Positions 1 to 14,001 of a stretch of DNA of 64,000 nt are shown in pieces. Each line of letters starts with the position of its first letter. The stretch's first letter is position 1. The position numbers and the translations under genes are program-made. The notes below the pieces were generated by a model. That model was not told where the DNA came from and ran no database searches. It saw only the letters and a list, made by a program, of their open reading frames with translations. The DNA comes from Octopus sinensis (lineage: Eukaryota), in contig NC_043000.1 in the NCBI RefSeq assembly GCF_006345805.1, positions 97,216,001 to 97,280,000 of the forward strand, read 5' to 3'.

Positions 1-1167
1 TCATTCGGTTTTTTTTCTTTCTTTTTTTGACGTTGAAATGGCTTCTATTTCTAGTATATTGATCGATTGATTGGGGATTCTTTCGTTAACTTGTTGTTCA
101 TTAGCCCCAGACCATATGTGATGAAACAGATCTCCGATAAAAAGTATTCCAGCCAAGAATATCCGATCATTCAGACACCTAAGACAAGAATACATTATCT
201 AATGCACCGTTTCCTATTTTTATGAGAGTAGAGTTTTAGTTGAGGTAAAATTGGTTGCTATTTCTTAAAAGTCCAGTGATTATTTAGCGACTCGTTCGTT
301 GACTCAAAGGAGACATTTTGTCAATTCGATCAGACTTATGATCAAAGATGGTTCAGTCATAATCATCTCGTACATTAATCTGATAGTACAAAGAGGACGG
401 CGATATACACTGTAACATATTTGCTCTTTCTTCAGACTTGACCAGTCTTTACTCAAAACAGATTTATATGCTTGCTACGTCATGATCTGTGGTTTACAAG
501 TTAAACATTCGACCTCAGTGCGCGTTGTAAGCTTGGGCAACTATTTTCTGCATAACTTCATGTCGCTCAATACGTTATGAGCGTTGTTTGTTGGGCGCAT
601 ATGTTTGTACGTGTATATATATGTTTGTGCGTTTGCGTGCGGAGGGGTTGGTTGTGTTTCTATTAATGTTTCAATTAAATAAGTACTGGGGGTGATGTGA
701 TTAACAATGTCCTTCAAGGTGATACCCAATTATGACCGTAGTTGCATGATTGAAACTCATAAAAGAATAATTGAATATATTGGGTTATCAGCATCCCAAA
801 CAATAGTTATTCGTTGAAATTCATGTATTCCTTCCATTACTTTAAACATTGTAAAAAAAAAAGAAGAAAAAAGAAAAGAGAACAAGTATAAAAATTTGAA
901 TGCCAGTCTATTCGTCGGACTCCGGGGATCGTTTTTAAAACTTGATCAATATAATCTATAAGTTTTCTGAATGTGTAGGTGCGTTTATGTGTCCGTAGTG
1001 AGCGCTTATGCGGCTGTTTGTGGCAGTGCTTTTAGGAATGTATCTAAAATTGTATATGTTTGGGTATATGATACGGAAATTTTTTTAGAAGCAGCAAAAT
1101 AATACAAAATAAAAGATTCGTAGGATTCGGTTTCACCCCTCTGAATTCTAATTCTGTTACAGTATCT

Positions 1168-1174
1168 ACACGCA

Positions 1175-1234
<60 letters not shown>

Positions 1235-1386
1235 CATACATACATATATACATATATATGTATAGCTACATATATACATATGCATATATACACAAAAAAA
1301 CATATACATATACATACATGATACATATATACAAATATATATGTGTGAATATACCTATATATATATTGTGTGTATGTATGTACATA

Positions 1387-1435
<49 letters not shown>

Positions 1436-1451
1436 TATATATATAATATAT

Positions 1452-1496
<45 letters not shown>

Positions 1497-1532
1497 ATAT
1501 ATATATATATTATATATATATATATATATATA

Positions 1533-1595
<63 letters not shown>

Positions 1596-1620
1596 ATATA
1601 CAAATATATATATATATATG
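1168..1620. repeat. Compound (CA)n/(TA)n microsatellite
   Basis: Direct reading; explains the YIYI/CVCV ORFs here. Confidence 0.97.
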
Positions 1621-1877
1621 ATATCTCGACTGACAGACTGATGTAATTTGCTACATAGAATTTCACCAGACGGATTACATACTGATACTCTCTTGAGGTA
1701 CATTTCCTTGTTGTTATATGATACTTTTGTTGATATTTTTAAGTAGAAAGTCGCATTTGTAAACTGCATTATGTATTATATTAATACATTGCTCCACAAT
1801 GTATTTAGTTTTCTATACTCCAGACCTCAGTATGTATGTATATATGTATGTACACACACACACATATATACGCACAC

Positions 1878-1944
<67 letters not shown>

Positions 1945-2864
1945 AACATATATACATGAACTTTTATAAATAATTAAACCTCTATACATACATAATAAAA
2001 TACATGCTTATATACATACGTACGTACGTACATACCAACACACATACATACGTCCATACGTACATACATACATACACACATACATACATACATACAAACA
2101 TACATACATACATACATACATACATACATACATACATACATACATACATACATACATACATACATACATAGATGCATATCGTAGAACGAGCGACTTATTA
2201 AATCATCTTTTCTAGAACATTGATTAAGATTAAAAGCTTCAAAGCAGAAAGTAGCTATTAAATCTAGGTAGAGACTATATTCGTTCTCTATAGCTTTATT
2301 ATTCCAAACTTAACGCAAATGAATGTCATTCATGTTGAATATTTGCTGCACAGTAGTGTAGTTGGAAAAGTAACCAAAAAGGAAAAAAAAACGAAGTGTT
2401 TTCGTAAAGTTAATCAATTCTGCCTTTCATGCTATGCTATATATTAATATATTTCTCCCTCACTGATCACTTTCGTTCTTTTTTTTTTTCACAGTAGCTG
2501 AAAGAAAATCGAAATATAGATATCAGTGTAGAAATAGTGTCTGTGATCTGTTGGTTCAATATATATTTATACAAGTTCATGCCGTAGCATTCTTGTATTT
2601 ACGTCAGTTCAATGCACACATAAATCTATCTTTTTGTGCTGGTTATTTTCACGAAAAATGAAAAAGGTGGAGCAACCATGCTCAATGAGGACGTATTGTA
2701 GAAAGGAAGTATCCCCCAAAAATATATCTTATAATGTGTGTGTGTGTGTGAATGTGTGTAAAAAATACTCCATTCATGGCAGGTCTCTATAAATTTGTCC
2801 CTTTATACCTTTCAAAGAAACTTATATTAAAACAATAACAGCAATCGTAATAATAATAATAATA

Positions 2865-2991
2865 ATGTTAGCTACAGACACTAGCGTCATACCGATGGCT
2901 GAGTAAAAAATATGAGTGTCACAAAAGCAACTATATTTTAGGCCCATTCTTCAGTTTGTTTTTTATTGCCGTAATAATAATAATAATAATA

Positions 2992-3075
<84 letters not shown>

Positions 3076-3180
3076 GGCAATAAAAAACAAACTGAAGAAT
3101 GGGCCTAAAATATAGTTGCTATTGTGACTCATATTTTTTTACTCAGCCATCGGTATGACGCTAGTGTCTGTAGCTAACAT
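2865..3180. repeat. Fold-back inverted repeat: ~110-bp unique arms plus (AAT)n/(ATT)n centre
   Basis: atgttagctacagacactagcgtc... at 2865 is the reverse complement of ...gacgctagtgtctgtagctaacat ending 3180; the arms differ by one small indel and one substitution. Confidence 0.95.
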
Positions 3181-4285
3181 GTTATCGTGTTTTCTTTTTA
3201 AATTATTATGGTTCAGGATGGTGCACAGCGCAGGTTTTTCTGTTGAAAACTTTATCAGGTGAATGTGTGTTTTTGCCGCATCCTAGGTGTGTGTATACAT
3301 ACATACATACATTCATACATACATACATACATACATACATACATACATACATACATACATACATACATACATACATACATACTCGTACATACCTTCATAC
3401 ATACATACGGAGCGGAATTTTGGGCAAATGTTTTTTACTATAGCTTCAGGCCCACCAATATATTTGTGAGTGAATTTGGTGAATGGAAGCTGCGTCGAAT
3501 ATCTTAGAGTTTTTGTTTGTTTCCCCACCAACCACGTCTTCACTACCGGTATTGGTTTGTGTACGTACCCCTAAAGTATTGATTCGTCAAAAGACGAACC
3601 TACAGGATAAGTACCTGACTTTAAAATGCACCTAAACCCTTCAGTGCAGTGCTCCAGCATGTCTTCAATGCAATGCATGTATGCATGTATGTGTGTGTCT
3701 GCATGTGTGCGTGTGTGTGTATATGTGTGTGTGCTTGTGTATGTATATATGTATGTATGTATGTTTGTATGTATGTATGTATGTATGTATGCATGCATGC
3801 ATACATATTTATAGGTAGGTATAATCTGTTTCAAATTCGGGCGAGGTAATCGTTGCCTTTCACCCTTCCAGAGAAATCGATAAAGTAATATACCGGTCAG
3901 ACAAATATAGACTTCATCAAATACACCCCTATACCAAAATTTCTGTGTTAGAATTTAATGCATCTAAGTCTTCCGTTGTATTTGTATGACTGTCTTTCCC
4001 TCGTCTCCCCCACCACTCTCTCCTTCTCTAACAAAGAATGCTTCCATGAAAACGAGATTAACGATCCCTACTTTTTCTAATCTCTTATCATGTATATAAT
4101 AATTTCCTTTGCTCTTCCGTTTTAATGTCTGCTTATTTAACATGTTTCATTATAAATGGATGACTAATGCCTACAATGAATCATTTAATTTTTTCCTTTT
4201 CCTTTTAGGCTTTGTATGGTGGCTATAGCGAGAAATGTTCTAGAGTGGAGATATGAAAGGCATAAGAACAGCGACTTTTATTCTT

Positions 4286-4607
4286 TCATAGAGTCATCCC
4301 CAGTTGATTTTTTTCAAGTTTCACTTCAGTAAAGAAGGTAAGGATGGAAGTGGCGAAGTTATCCTTGAACGAATTTATTGAATTGTGGATCAAAGTAGGT
4401 AAAAGAACATGTGTGGGTGGGACAGCCCTGAATATACGTCTGTAGGGAGGGAATTTGCTTTTCATTTTCACGATGATCTTGGATCTGCAGGATTCCTCGA
4501 CAGACCCTATATTGAACCCATGATGTGCCAGGAAGACTGTGCCACCATCGATATTCATTGTGTCGTCTGCCATACGTACTTGTAGTTCAAGTTCATCTTT
4601 CTTCATT
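4286..4607 (-). CDS. Candidate coding exon, product unknown
   Basis: Non-repetitive open frame (part of the 124-aa ORF), pyrimidine-rich acceptor ...ttttactgaaaatag upstream, AATAAA just after the stop (4277-4282). No family recognised and strand is ambiguous. Confidence 0.2.
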
Positions 4608-4966
4608 CTATTTTCAGTAAAAACAAAAACTCCACAGTTTGTGTCTTTATAATAGATCACTTCATTCCTTGGCCAGGGTCAAAATTTTAAAAAATCTTCA
4701 CCATCAGCATCGCCGTCATCAACATCATTATCATCATCACATCATCAAGATCATCGTTTTATTTAATTGTAGAAATGACATTCTTGACATTTTTGTGTTG
4801 AAATATTTTGAGATTTTTTTTTTACTACTTCCTTCTCTTAAATGATTTTTATCTGAAGAAATTTCTATTACGTGACATTCTTTTTTCTTTATGTCAATTG
4901 TAATGATACGTGGGCTGCGGCGCCCAATTGTTCTGTATCTTCATCATCGTCGCCGCCGTCATCGTC

Positions 4967-4967
4967 G

Positions 4968-5006
<39 letters not shown>

Positions 5007-5087
5007 GTAGTAGTAGTAGTAGTAGTAGTAGAGTAGTAGTAGTAGTAGTAGTGTAGTAGTAGTAGTCGTAGTAGTAGTAGTAGTAGT
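4967..5087. repeat. (ATT)n grading into (AGT)n microsatellite
   Basis: Direct reading. Confidence 0.95.
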
Positions 5088-5129
5088 ATACAAAAGTCAT
5101 TGCATGCTAATTTAATATTTAATGCGATG

Positions 5130-7000
5130 TTATTATGAGGTTTGGTAACAACAAGTTTTCTGATATCTCAGGAATCTTTCTTGGGATTCGTATAGAATAC
5201 AGCTTAGGACGTTTTGCAATGTTCATCAATTACCATAAGAACAATCTCCAACTTTTGTTCCAGAATCTCTTCATCTCTCTGTCTAGATCTTGGTATTTCT
5301 CAATTTTTAGATTTCTTTGATATCCACTCTACTAGCATATGAGATTGCAAAGTCAATGATCTCATATTCTTTGTTCTTTCTAAGTGGTTATAATTAGCGA
5401 ATTCGTTTCTCGTTTCAAGTTTCCATCTTTTAGTCGCCACCATTGCTCTTCACTTTCAACATTCTCGGTCTGCTGCATAGTTTAGCCATGTAGTGCTTTC
5501 TCTCGCTGGCTATTTATCCTATCATTCTTTCTTTTCTTAAAATTTTTCAGTTTCTGTGACTTCTTCCATATTTCAAGCCCATATTTCAAGCCTTATCCCA
5601 TCATGCGTAACATAGTTTTCCAAACCCAAAATGACAAATTTGCTGGTGCCCTCTACATGTAATAAATCCCCGACTCCGTCCTCTTTTGGTAAACAGAACC
5701 TAGCGATACTATTTGTAGAGTTAGTTTTGTTTCAAGCTTAGTTTTCATTTAGTTTTACTTGAAATACCTTCTTAACCTTTCTCTTGTACTCATTGAAGAC
5801 TTCCTTTCTCCCTTTCATTTGCCTCACCATCCTGCAGCTTTCCTAAATACTTGAATCCTTTCATGATCTAATGATATCATTTTGCGACAACTTTATCGCA
5901 TCACATTTACAAATTGGACCTCATTTCATTATAAATATTGCTCATTTGTGATTGCATGGTTCCCTTTGACACATGCATGAACAAAAGGAAAAACACGCAC
6001 AAAAATAAAGGAGAGAGCTAGTCTCCCTAGAATATGCGGCTCCTGAGTTTCCACACTTCCTGTTTCCTTTTTAGTATTATATTTCTACTTCCTAAGATCT
6101 CACTGCTTTTCTAAAAATTATTTATTTTCGCCTAAAATCCTAGATGACTACAATGGATCATTAAGCCAATAGTGCGATACATTATCTTATGCTTCTTTGT
6201 AGTCTATCCAAACAACAACTGCATCCTTTCTTATCCGCACTTCATTTAGAATCATCCTCTCAGTATACAACAGCTAAGCAGTTCTTCTTGACTTCTTTCT
6301 GCATCCCTTTCGTTTCTCTGGTAATAGTTTCTCCTGCCACGAAGCTAACAATTTCCAGAGTAACGATACGCATGTAATACGCCTAAAATTGTTCTATACC
6401 CTTGTGTATTGACAGAATTTTTGTCATCCATGCCGGTTTTCCATTGTTTTATACAGTTAGTTAGAAACGTTTGTTTATAACTCTACGTGTTTAAATATGT
6501 GAACACCATCAAGTTCAGAATCTTTCTAGTTTGACTTATTTTTAAGCATGATTTTACAACTTCTTTTCTAATATCTACATCCTCTTTGTTTGATCTGTTT
6601 CCCATTTCAATTTCAGACTCCCATAACCAATCTGTATTGAACCTTTTGGATCCTAATGTCGCGCTAAATAGTCTTTACTACTTCAGTAATTGGTATAGCT
6701 TTCACCTGACATTCATTCTTATCGTTCACCTGGTAGTAAAATATCATTCCAGTATTTCTAAAAAGTCTCTTCTACTATTACCTAGTACTTTTAACCATCT
6801 TTGCCTTAATGTTTTCTTGTGTTTTCTCTTTGGCTACCTGTAATTCTCTGTTCCTAATGTATTTACTATTATACTTTGGTTGAAGTTTGCCCTTATCTCT
6901 TTACTTTACCATCTTCTTTTCACCTATTGTATTTATCCTTTTAATATCGTTATTGAGCTACAAAACTTGATTCTCAAGTCTCCTTTTCCACCATGAGCCT
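5130..7000 (-). mobile_element. Decayed R4/Dong-type non-LTR retrotransposon (RT + restriction-like endonuclease)
   Basis: Minus-strand motifs in correct order: NFRRITC..LWKLL, LLPEKRKGCRK, VWIDYKEA (~6200), FKYLG (~5850), RFCLPKEDG (~5690), IIDF...KIEKYQDLDRE (~5280-5365). Many stops; 5' boundary approximate. Confidence 0.8.
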
Positions 7001-7501
7001 TTGCCACTTTTTTTCCGCTTGTCTTTTAACCCTAAGAATTTCTGCATGAACAGAGGCCTTATAATATATGATGCTTTTTACATCTGTTATATTCTCAATT
7101 TTGTTGCTTGCCAACTCTAAACTGCTTTTCGTACTTTTTCACTTGCGATTCTATCATTACTCTCTCTATCATTACTTCTTGTGTCATTTAAGTATTAAAG
7201 TAATCTCCATTCCTCTTCTACAATATCCTTTCCTGTCATGAAATAAGACTTATTTTCGCTGTCACTATTACTTTCTTCCTTCTGATGATATATTAATCTT
7301 TCTGCTATTTCTTATTCAATTTCCTCCGTTATATAGCTATTATTCTTCATCTTTCGCTGTTTCGACGATGTCTTTCCAATTTCAAATGGGAAAGCCATTG
7401 TTTTTCATGACGTTGTTTTTTTTCTAGAAATCATTGTTCTGTGGTAGGGAACATTTTTCTCTCTATTGTTCTCTCTTTTACCTCTCTTTTCTCTCCCTTT
7501 C

Positions 7502-7536
<35 letters not shown>

Positions 7537-7700
7537 GCCTCTCTCTCTCTCTCACCCATATTTTATGCATTCATTTTTTTTTATATTATTCTTTGTTAAG
7601 CACGCTCCTGTATGCAATTCTGTTACCACTTTTAGACCACGTTCTTCTAATCCTCGCAGAAGTAGTTGAATATAATAATAATATTATTATCATCATTACA

Positions 7701-7920
7701 TAAGGCAGTGAGCTAGCAGGATTGTTAGCACGCCGGGCAAAATGCTTAGCGACATTTCGTCTGTCTTTATATTGTGAGTTCGAATTCCGCCGGGGTCGAC
7801 TTTGACGCTTATCCTTTCGGGGTTGATAAAATATATACCAGTCAAGCACTGGGGTCGATGTAATCGAGTCCGCTCCCCTAAAATTTCAAGCCTTGTGCCT
7901 TTAGTAGAAAAGATTATTAT
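7701..7920 (+). mobile_element. tRNA-headed SINE (family A, ggcggcgagctggcagaa-type)
   Basis: A-box-like head, gagttcgaattcc B box, body and tail shared with other copies in the window. Confidence 0.85.
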
Positions 7921-7927
7921 TTTTATA

Positions 7928-8063
7928 AAGGCGGAGAGCTGACAGAATCGTTAACACACCAGGCAAAATGTTTGGTGGCGTTTCATCCGTTTCTATGCTT
8001 TTAGTTCAAATTCCACCGAAGTCAACTTTGCTTTTGATACTTCCAATAAAATAAGCACCAGTT
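7928..8063 (+). mobile_element. SINE family A, 3'-truncated
   Basis: Homologous to 7701-7920; ends at the mariner remnant. Confidence 0.75.
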
Positions 8064-8741
8064 CATCTCACGAATGAACATTTTTTTGGAACGAATAGTG
8101 ACTGGTGACGAGAAATGAGTGGGCAAAGAAGACAGTGGGTAGGGAAAGAAGAAACACCGGCATCCCTGGCTAAAGAAGTTCTTCACTCACGGAAGGTATT
8201 GTTATCTGTTTGGTGGCATATGAAACGTTTAGTCCACTTTGAACTTTTAAGCACAAACCAAATGATAACAAATGAGATCTACTGCGAGCAGCTTGAGCGG
8301 CTTAAATCAGCACTAGAAGAAAAACGACCATCTTTGTTTTCAAGATGAAAGGTGTTCTTCCATCAGGATAATTAATGCTCGGCCACATATAGCGAGGATG
8401 ACATTCCAAACGCTGAAGCAGTTTGAAAGGGAAACGATGCCTTACACACTATATTCGCCGGACATTGCCCCATCTGATTATCATTTATTCAGCAGTCTTC
8501 AATATCATTTGGACGGAAAAAATGTGAATTCTGTAGACGAGGTCAGAACAGTCCTGGGGAAGTATTTTCATCATAGACAAATTAATTTTGAAAGAGGGGC
8601 CTTGCAAATCTTCCAGGTATATGGAAGAACATTGCAGAAAATGAAGGAGAGTATATTTTAGATTAAAAAGAGCTTTGTTTATCTTAATTTTAAAAAATAA
8701 AAGAGGTAAAAAAAAAACGCATTATTTATGGAGAACCCAAT
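8064..8741 (+). mobile_element. Mariner transposon 3' remnant (DD34D transposase pseudogene + right TIR)
   Basis: FLERIVTGDEK, KVLLSVWW, HQDN..ARPH, YSPDIAPSDYHLF and GEY motifs with stops/frameshifts; TIR-like end cgcattatttatggagaacccaat (8718-8741). Confidence 0.92.
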
Positions 8742-9099
8742 TTATATATAATCAAAATGATAAACATGACAAATAGATACCTTAACTCATCTTTAATGAT
8801 CAGTTATAATTGTTCTTGTACCAACTCTGCTTGCAACGCCTATTTGCACAAACTTCAAAGTGAAAATGTACGTAATAGGTTGGGTCCTTCCGTTGTGCGT
8901 CTTCCAGACATTGTTTATCTTTTTTTGCTTATACCGAGAGGAAAGAAAAAGTAAATAAAAGCATGCTCAGGGGATGAATAATTAGTACAGATATCATGTG
9001 CGGAGGAGTCTAAGGACATGGCGAAATTAGGAAGCAAGCTATAGCTAATCAGTTTATCTGGACTAAGGATTCTCTGAATATATATATATATATCAACTT

Positions 9100-9146
<47 letters not shown>

Positions 9147-9475
9147 TGAGTGAGTGACTTTATTCATATGTGCACATATGTGTGTACATGCGTCTGTGTT
9201 CTACTCTTTTTTTTTATACATTTGCTGCGCTGATGGCACCCGTTGATACTGAAACGTGTGTCTAAAGCTGCTATTTTCTCCATTTCTTTCCCTCAATACC
9301 ATGTCAACTTTGGAGAGATTTTGATTTTCACACAGGAACTTAGTTTGATTTGAAAATCCCACTAGAATGGGAGAAAGCGCTAATACATGATCTAAGTTGA
9401 TGTATAAAAAATGTAATATACAAATAAATATCTGTAAATATAACCATCCGATTTTCTGAGACCTCATTTCTTCTA

Positions 9476-9507
<32 letters not shown>

Positions 9508-9510
9508 TAT

Positions 9511-11350
9511 TAAGGTATGTAGAAAAATACAACATGGACAAGAACGTATAACTCATAGAAGACGATACAATAAACATGGACAGGACATTCGAACCCCTCA
9601 GTCTTCAGTCAAGACCGGATCATCGTAGTAATTTCGGCTGATTAATCTTGAGATTACTAGATCACGGCCAGCCCTCCAAGAAAAAATAAGCTGGAAGCGT
9701 AGATTTCCTGGAAGAAGGATCGAATGCCTACGAACACCAGGACAGCAAAAGGGACAGATAAAAAAAAAAAAAAAAAAAAAAAAAACAATAATGGAATACA
9801 GAAACATGAAATACAAGAAGCATTAACGGTGAAAAAACAAGTGTTTTACGACTGATAACAAGCAAACAAATTTTTTCTCTGGCGCATTGGAAAAAGCCTT
9901 TATAGGGCCGGACGAAGAACAACGATGTTAACACGACGAGGGTCAGGAGCTGAAAGGCAGGATTTCGGCCAACAGTTACGTGACAGAGAGAGGGAAAGAA
10001 AAGGAAAGAGAGCAAAGGAAGAGAGAGAGAGAAAAGGGGGACAAAACGCAACAAAGAGAGAGAAGAGAGAGAAAGAAGGAATCAGAGAGGAGAAGGGATG
10101 GGTGTCGAAGAATGACCTGTGAGTGCAGAGCGAGACAAGAAATAGGAGGGTAGTGGAAGACTAGACCAAAGGATCAGAGGAAGAGAAGATGAATAGAGAG
10201 AAAGTAAAAATGAGAGAGAGGAGAGAGACAAACAGAGAGTCGTACCAATTATTAAGAATATGTGTTCACATTAATGATAAAGGGGGTACGGGGCGCCTGG
10301 AATATGTTAAGGTATGTAGAAAAATACAACATGGACAAGAACGTATAACTCATAGAAGACGATACAATAAACATGGACAGGACATTCGAACCCCTCAGTC
10401 TTCAGTCAAGACCGGATCATCGTAGTAATTTCGGCTGATTAATCTTGAGATTACTAGATCACGGCCAGCCCTCCAAGAAAAACTAAGCTGGAAGCGTAGA
10501 TTTCCTGGAAGAAGGATCGAATGCATACGAACACCAGGACAGCAAAAGGGACAGATATAAAAAAAAAAAAAAAAAAAAAACAATAATGGAATACAGAAAC
10601 ATTGAAATACAGAAGCATTAACGTGTGAAAACAACAAGTGTTTTACGACTGATAACAAGCAAACAAATTTTTTCTCTGGCGCATTGGAAAAAGCCTTTAT
10701 AGCGGCGGACGAGAACAACGATGTTAACACGACGAGGTCAGGAGCTGAAGGCAGATTTCGGCCAACAGTCACGTGACAGAGAAGAGGGAAAGAAAAGAAA
10801 GAGAAGCAAAGGAAGAGAGAGAGAGAAAAGGGGACAAAACGCAACAAGAGAGAGAAGAGAGAGAAAGAAGGAATCAGAGAGGAGAAGGGATGGGTGTCGA
10901 AGAATGACCTGTGAGTGCAGAGCGAGACAAAGAAATAGGAGGGTAGTGGAAGACTAGACCAAAGGATCAGAGGAAAGAAGAAATGAATAGAGAGAAAGTA
11001 AAAATGAGAGAGAGAGAGAGACAAACGAGAGTCGTACCAATTATTAAGAATATGTGTTCACATTAATGATAAAGGGGGTACGGGGCGCCTGGAATATATG
11101 TTAAGGTATGTAGAAAAATACAACATGGACAAGAACGTATAACTCATAGAAGACGATACAATAAACATGGACAGGACATTCGAACCCCTCAGTCTTCAGT
11201 CAAGAACCGGATCATCGTAGTAATTTCGGCTGATTATCTTGAGATTACTAGATCACGGCCAGCCCTCCAGAAAAAACTAAGCTGGAAGCGTAGATTTCCT
11301 GGAAGAAGGATCGAATGCATACGAAACACCAGGACAGCAAAAGGGACAGA

Positions 11351-11381
<31 letters not shown>

Positions 11382-12015
11382 CAATAATGGAATACAGAAA
11401 ATGAAAAATTAAAAAGCATTGAACGGTGAAAACAACAAGTGTCTTACGACTGATAACAAGCAAACAAATTTTTTCTCTGGCGCATTGGAAAAAGCCTTTA
11501 TAGCGGCGGACGAAGAACAACGATGTTAACACGACGAGGGTCAGGAGTGCTGAAAGGCAGATTTCGGCCAACAGTCACGTGACAGAGAAGGGAAAAGAAA
11601 AGAAAGAAGAAGCAAAGGAAGAGAGAGAGAAGAAAAGGGGGCAAAACGCAACAAAGAGAGAGAAGAGAGAGAAAGAAGGAATCAGAGAGGAGAAGGGATG
11701 GTTGTCGAAGAATGACCTGTGAGTGCAGAGCGAGACAAAGGAAATAGGGGGTAGTGGAAGACTAGACCAAAGATCAGAGGAAAGAGAAGATGATAGAGAG
11801 AAAGTAAAAATGAGAGAGAGAGAGAGAGAGACAAACGAGAGTCGTACCAATTATTAAGAATATGTGTTCACATTAATGATAAAGGGGGTACGGGGCGCCT
11901 GGAATATATGTTAAGGTATGTAGAAAAATACAACATGGACAAGAACGTATAACTCATAGAAGACGATACAATAAACATGGACAGGACATTCGAACCCCTC
12001 AGTCTTCAGTTAAGA
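9511..12015. repeat. Tandem array of a ~800-bp unit, 3 copies plus a ~100-bp terminal repeat
   Basis: Unit starts (taaggtatgtag) at 9511, 10308, 11102 and 11912. Confidence 0.97.
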
Positions 12016-12018
12016 TAT

Positions 12019-12052
<34 letters not shown>

Positions 12053-12812
12053 CAAGAGAGAGACAGATAGATAGATAGATATAGACATATTTATATACAT
12101 ATATGCATATATACATGTTTGTATTTGTTTGTCTAATATACATATATCCATACATGTATGCCCACAGACACACACACACACACGCACATACGCAAACACG
12201 CACACACACGAACACACACACATACACACGGATGTAGTAGCTTCTATCATATTTTGATTTAGACGGGTTAAAATCAGTCATACACACACGTGTACAAAAA
12301 CACCACACGCACACACGTATAATTAATATATATGATATATATAAATACACGTACGCTGCAATTTCACTTTTTTTTTCTCTGTCTGTCAAGATGAGCATAT
12401 GGATTTGTAATTGGTGTCGCTTAGTCAGAAACGTAAGAAATCGAGCGTAAGATGAAGGGAGTCAGTAACGCATTCAATTATGTATGACGAAGACAAGTTC
12501 GGTAGCTCTGGGTTGTTGGTGGAATTGTTTGTTTGCTGTCGATTACATTTCAAGCAAACAACGACTTAACAGCAATAACAACAAAATCAAAAACAACAAT
12601 TATTACAAGTATAAGAGCAAAATTGCAGTCAGTAACATTAATATCAACGAGAACATGAATTGCTGTGACTTTAGGGTTAGAAAATTAACGATTTTCATCT
12701 AAACAGGAAATGAATAAATATACGTATGAATGTATCTCTGTATATAAATATCTTTGGATGTGTATCTGAGTGTAAGTATGGTTCTGCACTACATGTGATT
12801 AAATGAATAGAA

Positions 12813-12874
<62 letters not shown>

Positions 12875-13138
12875 AATAGATGCATACATATAAATACACA
12901 CGTACACACACACATATATACATTGTGTGTGCGCGTGTGTGTGCGCATGTGTGCATGTGTATGTGAACACACTTTTATAGTATATACAAATAACATAGAT
13001 ATTAAAAAAGAAAGGAAAATACATAAATATGCGTGTATAGAGTGTTGTATATATGTGTGTGTGTATACATACACAAACATAGATATATATACATATATGT
13101 ATACATACATTCATATATATATATATATAATATAGACA

Positions 13139-13169
<31 letters not shown>

Positions 13170-13221
13170 GTATATATGTATACGCAAATACATGTATACA
13201 AACATATATATATATATATAT

Positions 13222-13288
<67 letters not shown>

Positions 13289-13865
13289 TATATGGTGGAG
13301 TGCGTGAGGGGAATTTCTGAGACTGTGTTTCTCTAAGGATATATATACATCTGTACGCATGTGATTGTATGCATGTCCCATTATTTCTGCACGAGCTTAT
13401 ATATCTGTATGTGTTTACATGAAGAGAGTTTCTGAAGGTATATATAGTCACAAAAAACACGAAGCACGGATACAATATCCACAAAAACCCCATGCGCGCA
13501 CACACACGCACACGCACACATACATACACACACATACATACATACACACAAACTCATGCACACACACACAGACATACACAAATGCATACATAGATACATA
13601 CATATATACATTTTCACTTACTGAGGGGCGTAGCACAGCACGCACAAAACAACAATGAAAACCATCCAACCATCCAGCCAACCCAACAATGGTAACAGAT
13701 CACCTTCTCACCACTACCACCACTTCCAGCTCAACGACCAAACTGATTGGATTATACAAGATTCTGTGACAAACAAGGCTAAAGGGCAAGTTTTTTTTTT
13801 TTCATTCTAATTACAAAATAGGACCACGTTGATATTACTTCCCTGAAAACTGAATGTCCTCCTCC

Positions 13866-13896
13866 ATTATTATTACTATTATTATTATTATTATTA

Positions 13897-13951
<55 letters not shown>

Positions 13952-14001
13952 CATTATTATTATTGTTATTATTATTATTATTATTTTTATTATTATTATT
14001 G
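13866..14001. repeat. (ATT)n microsatellite
   Basis: Direct reading; source of the poly-N ORF. Confidence 0.95.

Noticed and set aside
3085-3120. ctgaagaatgggcctaaaatatag in the small fold-back arm as a hammerhead
   Set aside because: G12 is missing and stems I and II do not pair.
9585-9665. Minus-strand CUGAAGA...GAA and CUCAAGA...GAAA motifs in the 800-bp unit as hammerheads
   Set aside because: No workable stem II, GAAU instead of GAAA, and no stem I partner; cannot be folded as a hammerhead.
9511-12015. Array as CRISPR or rDNA
   Set aside because: 800-bp identical units with no unique spacers and no rRNA motifs.
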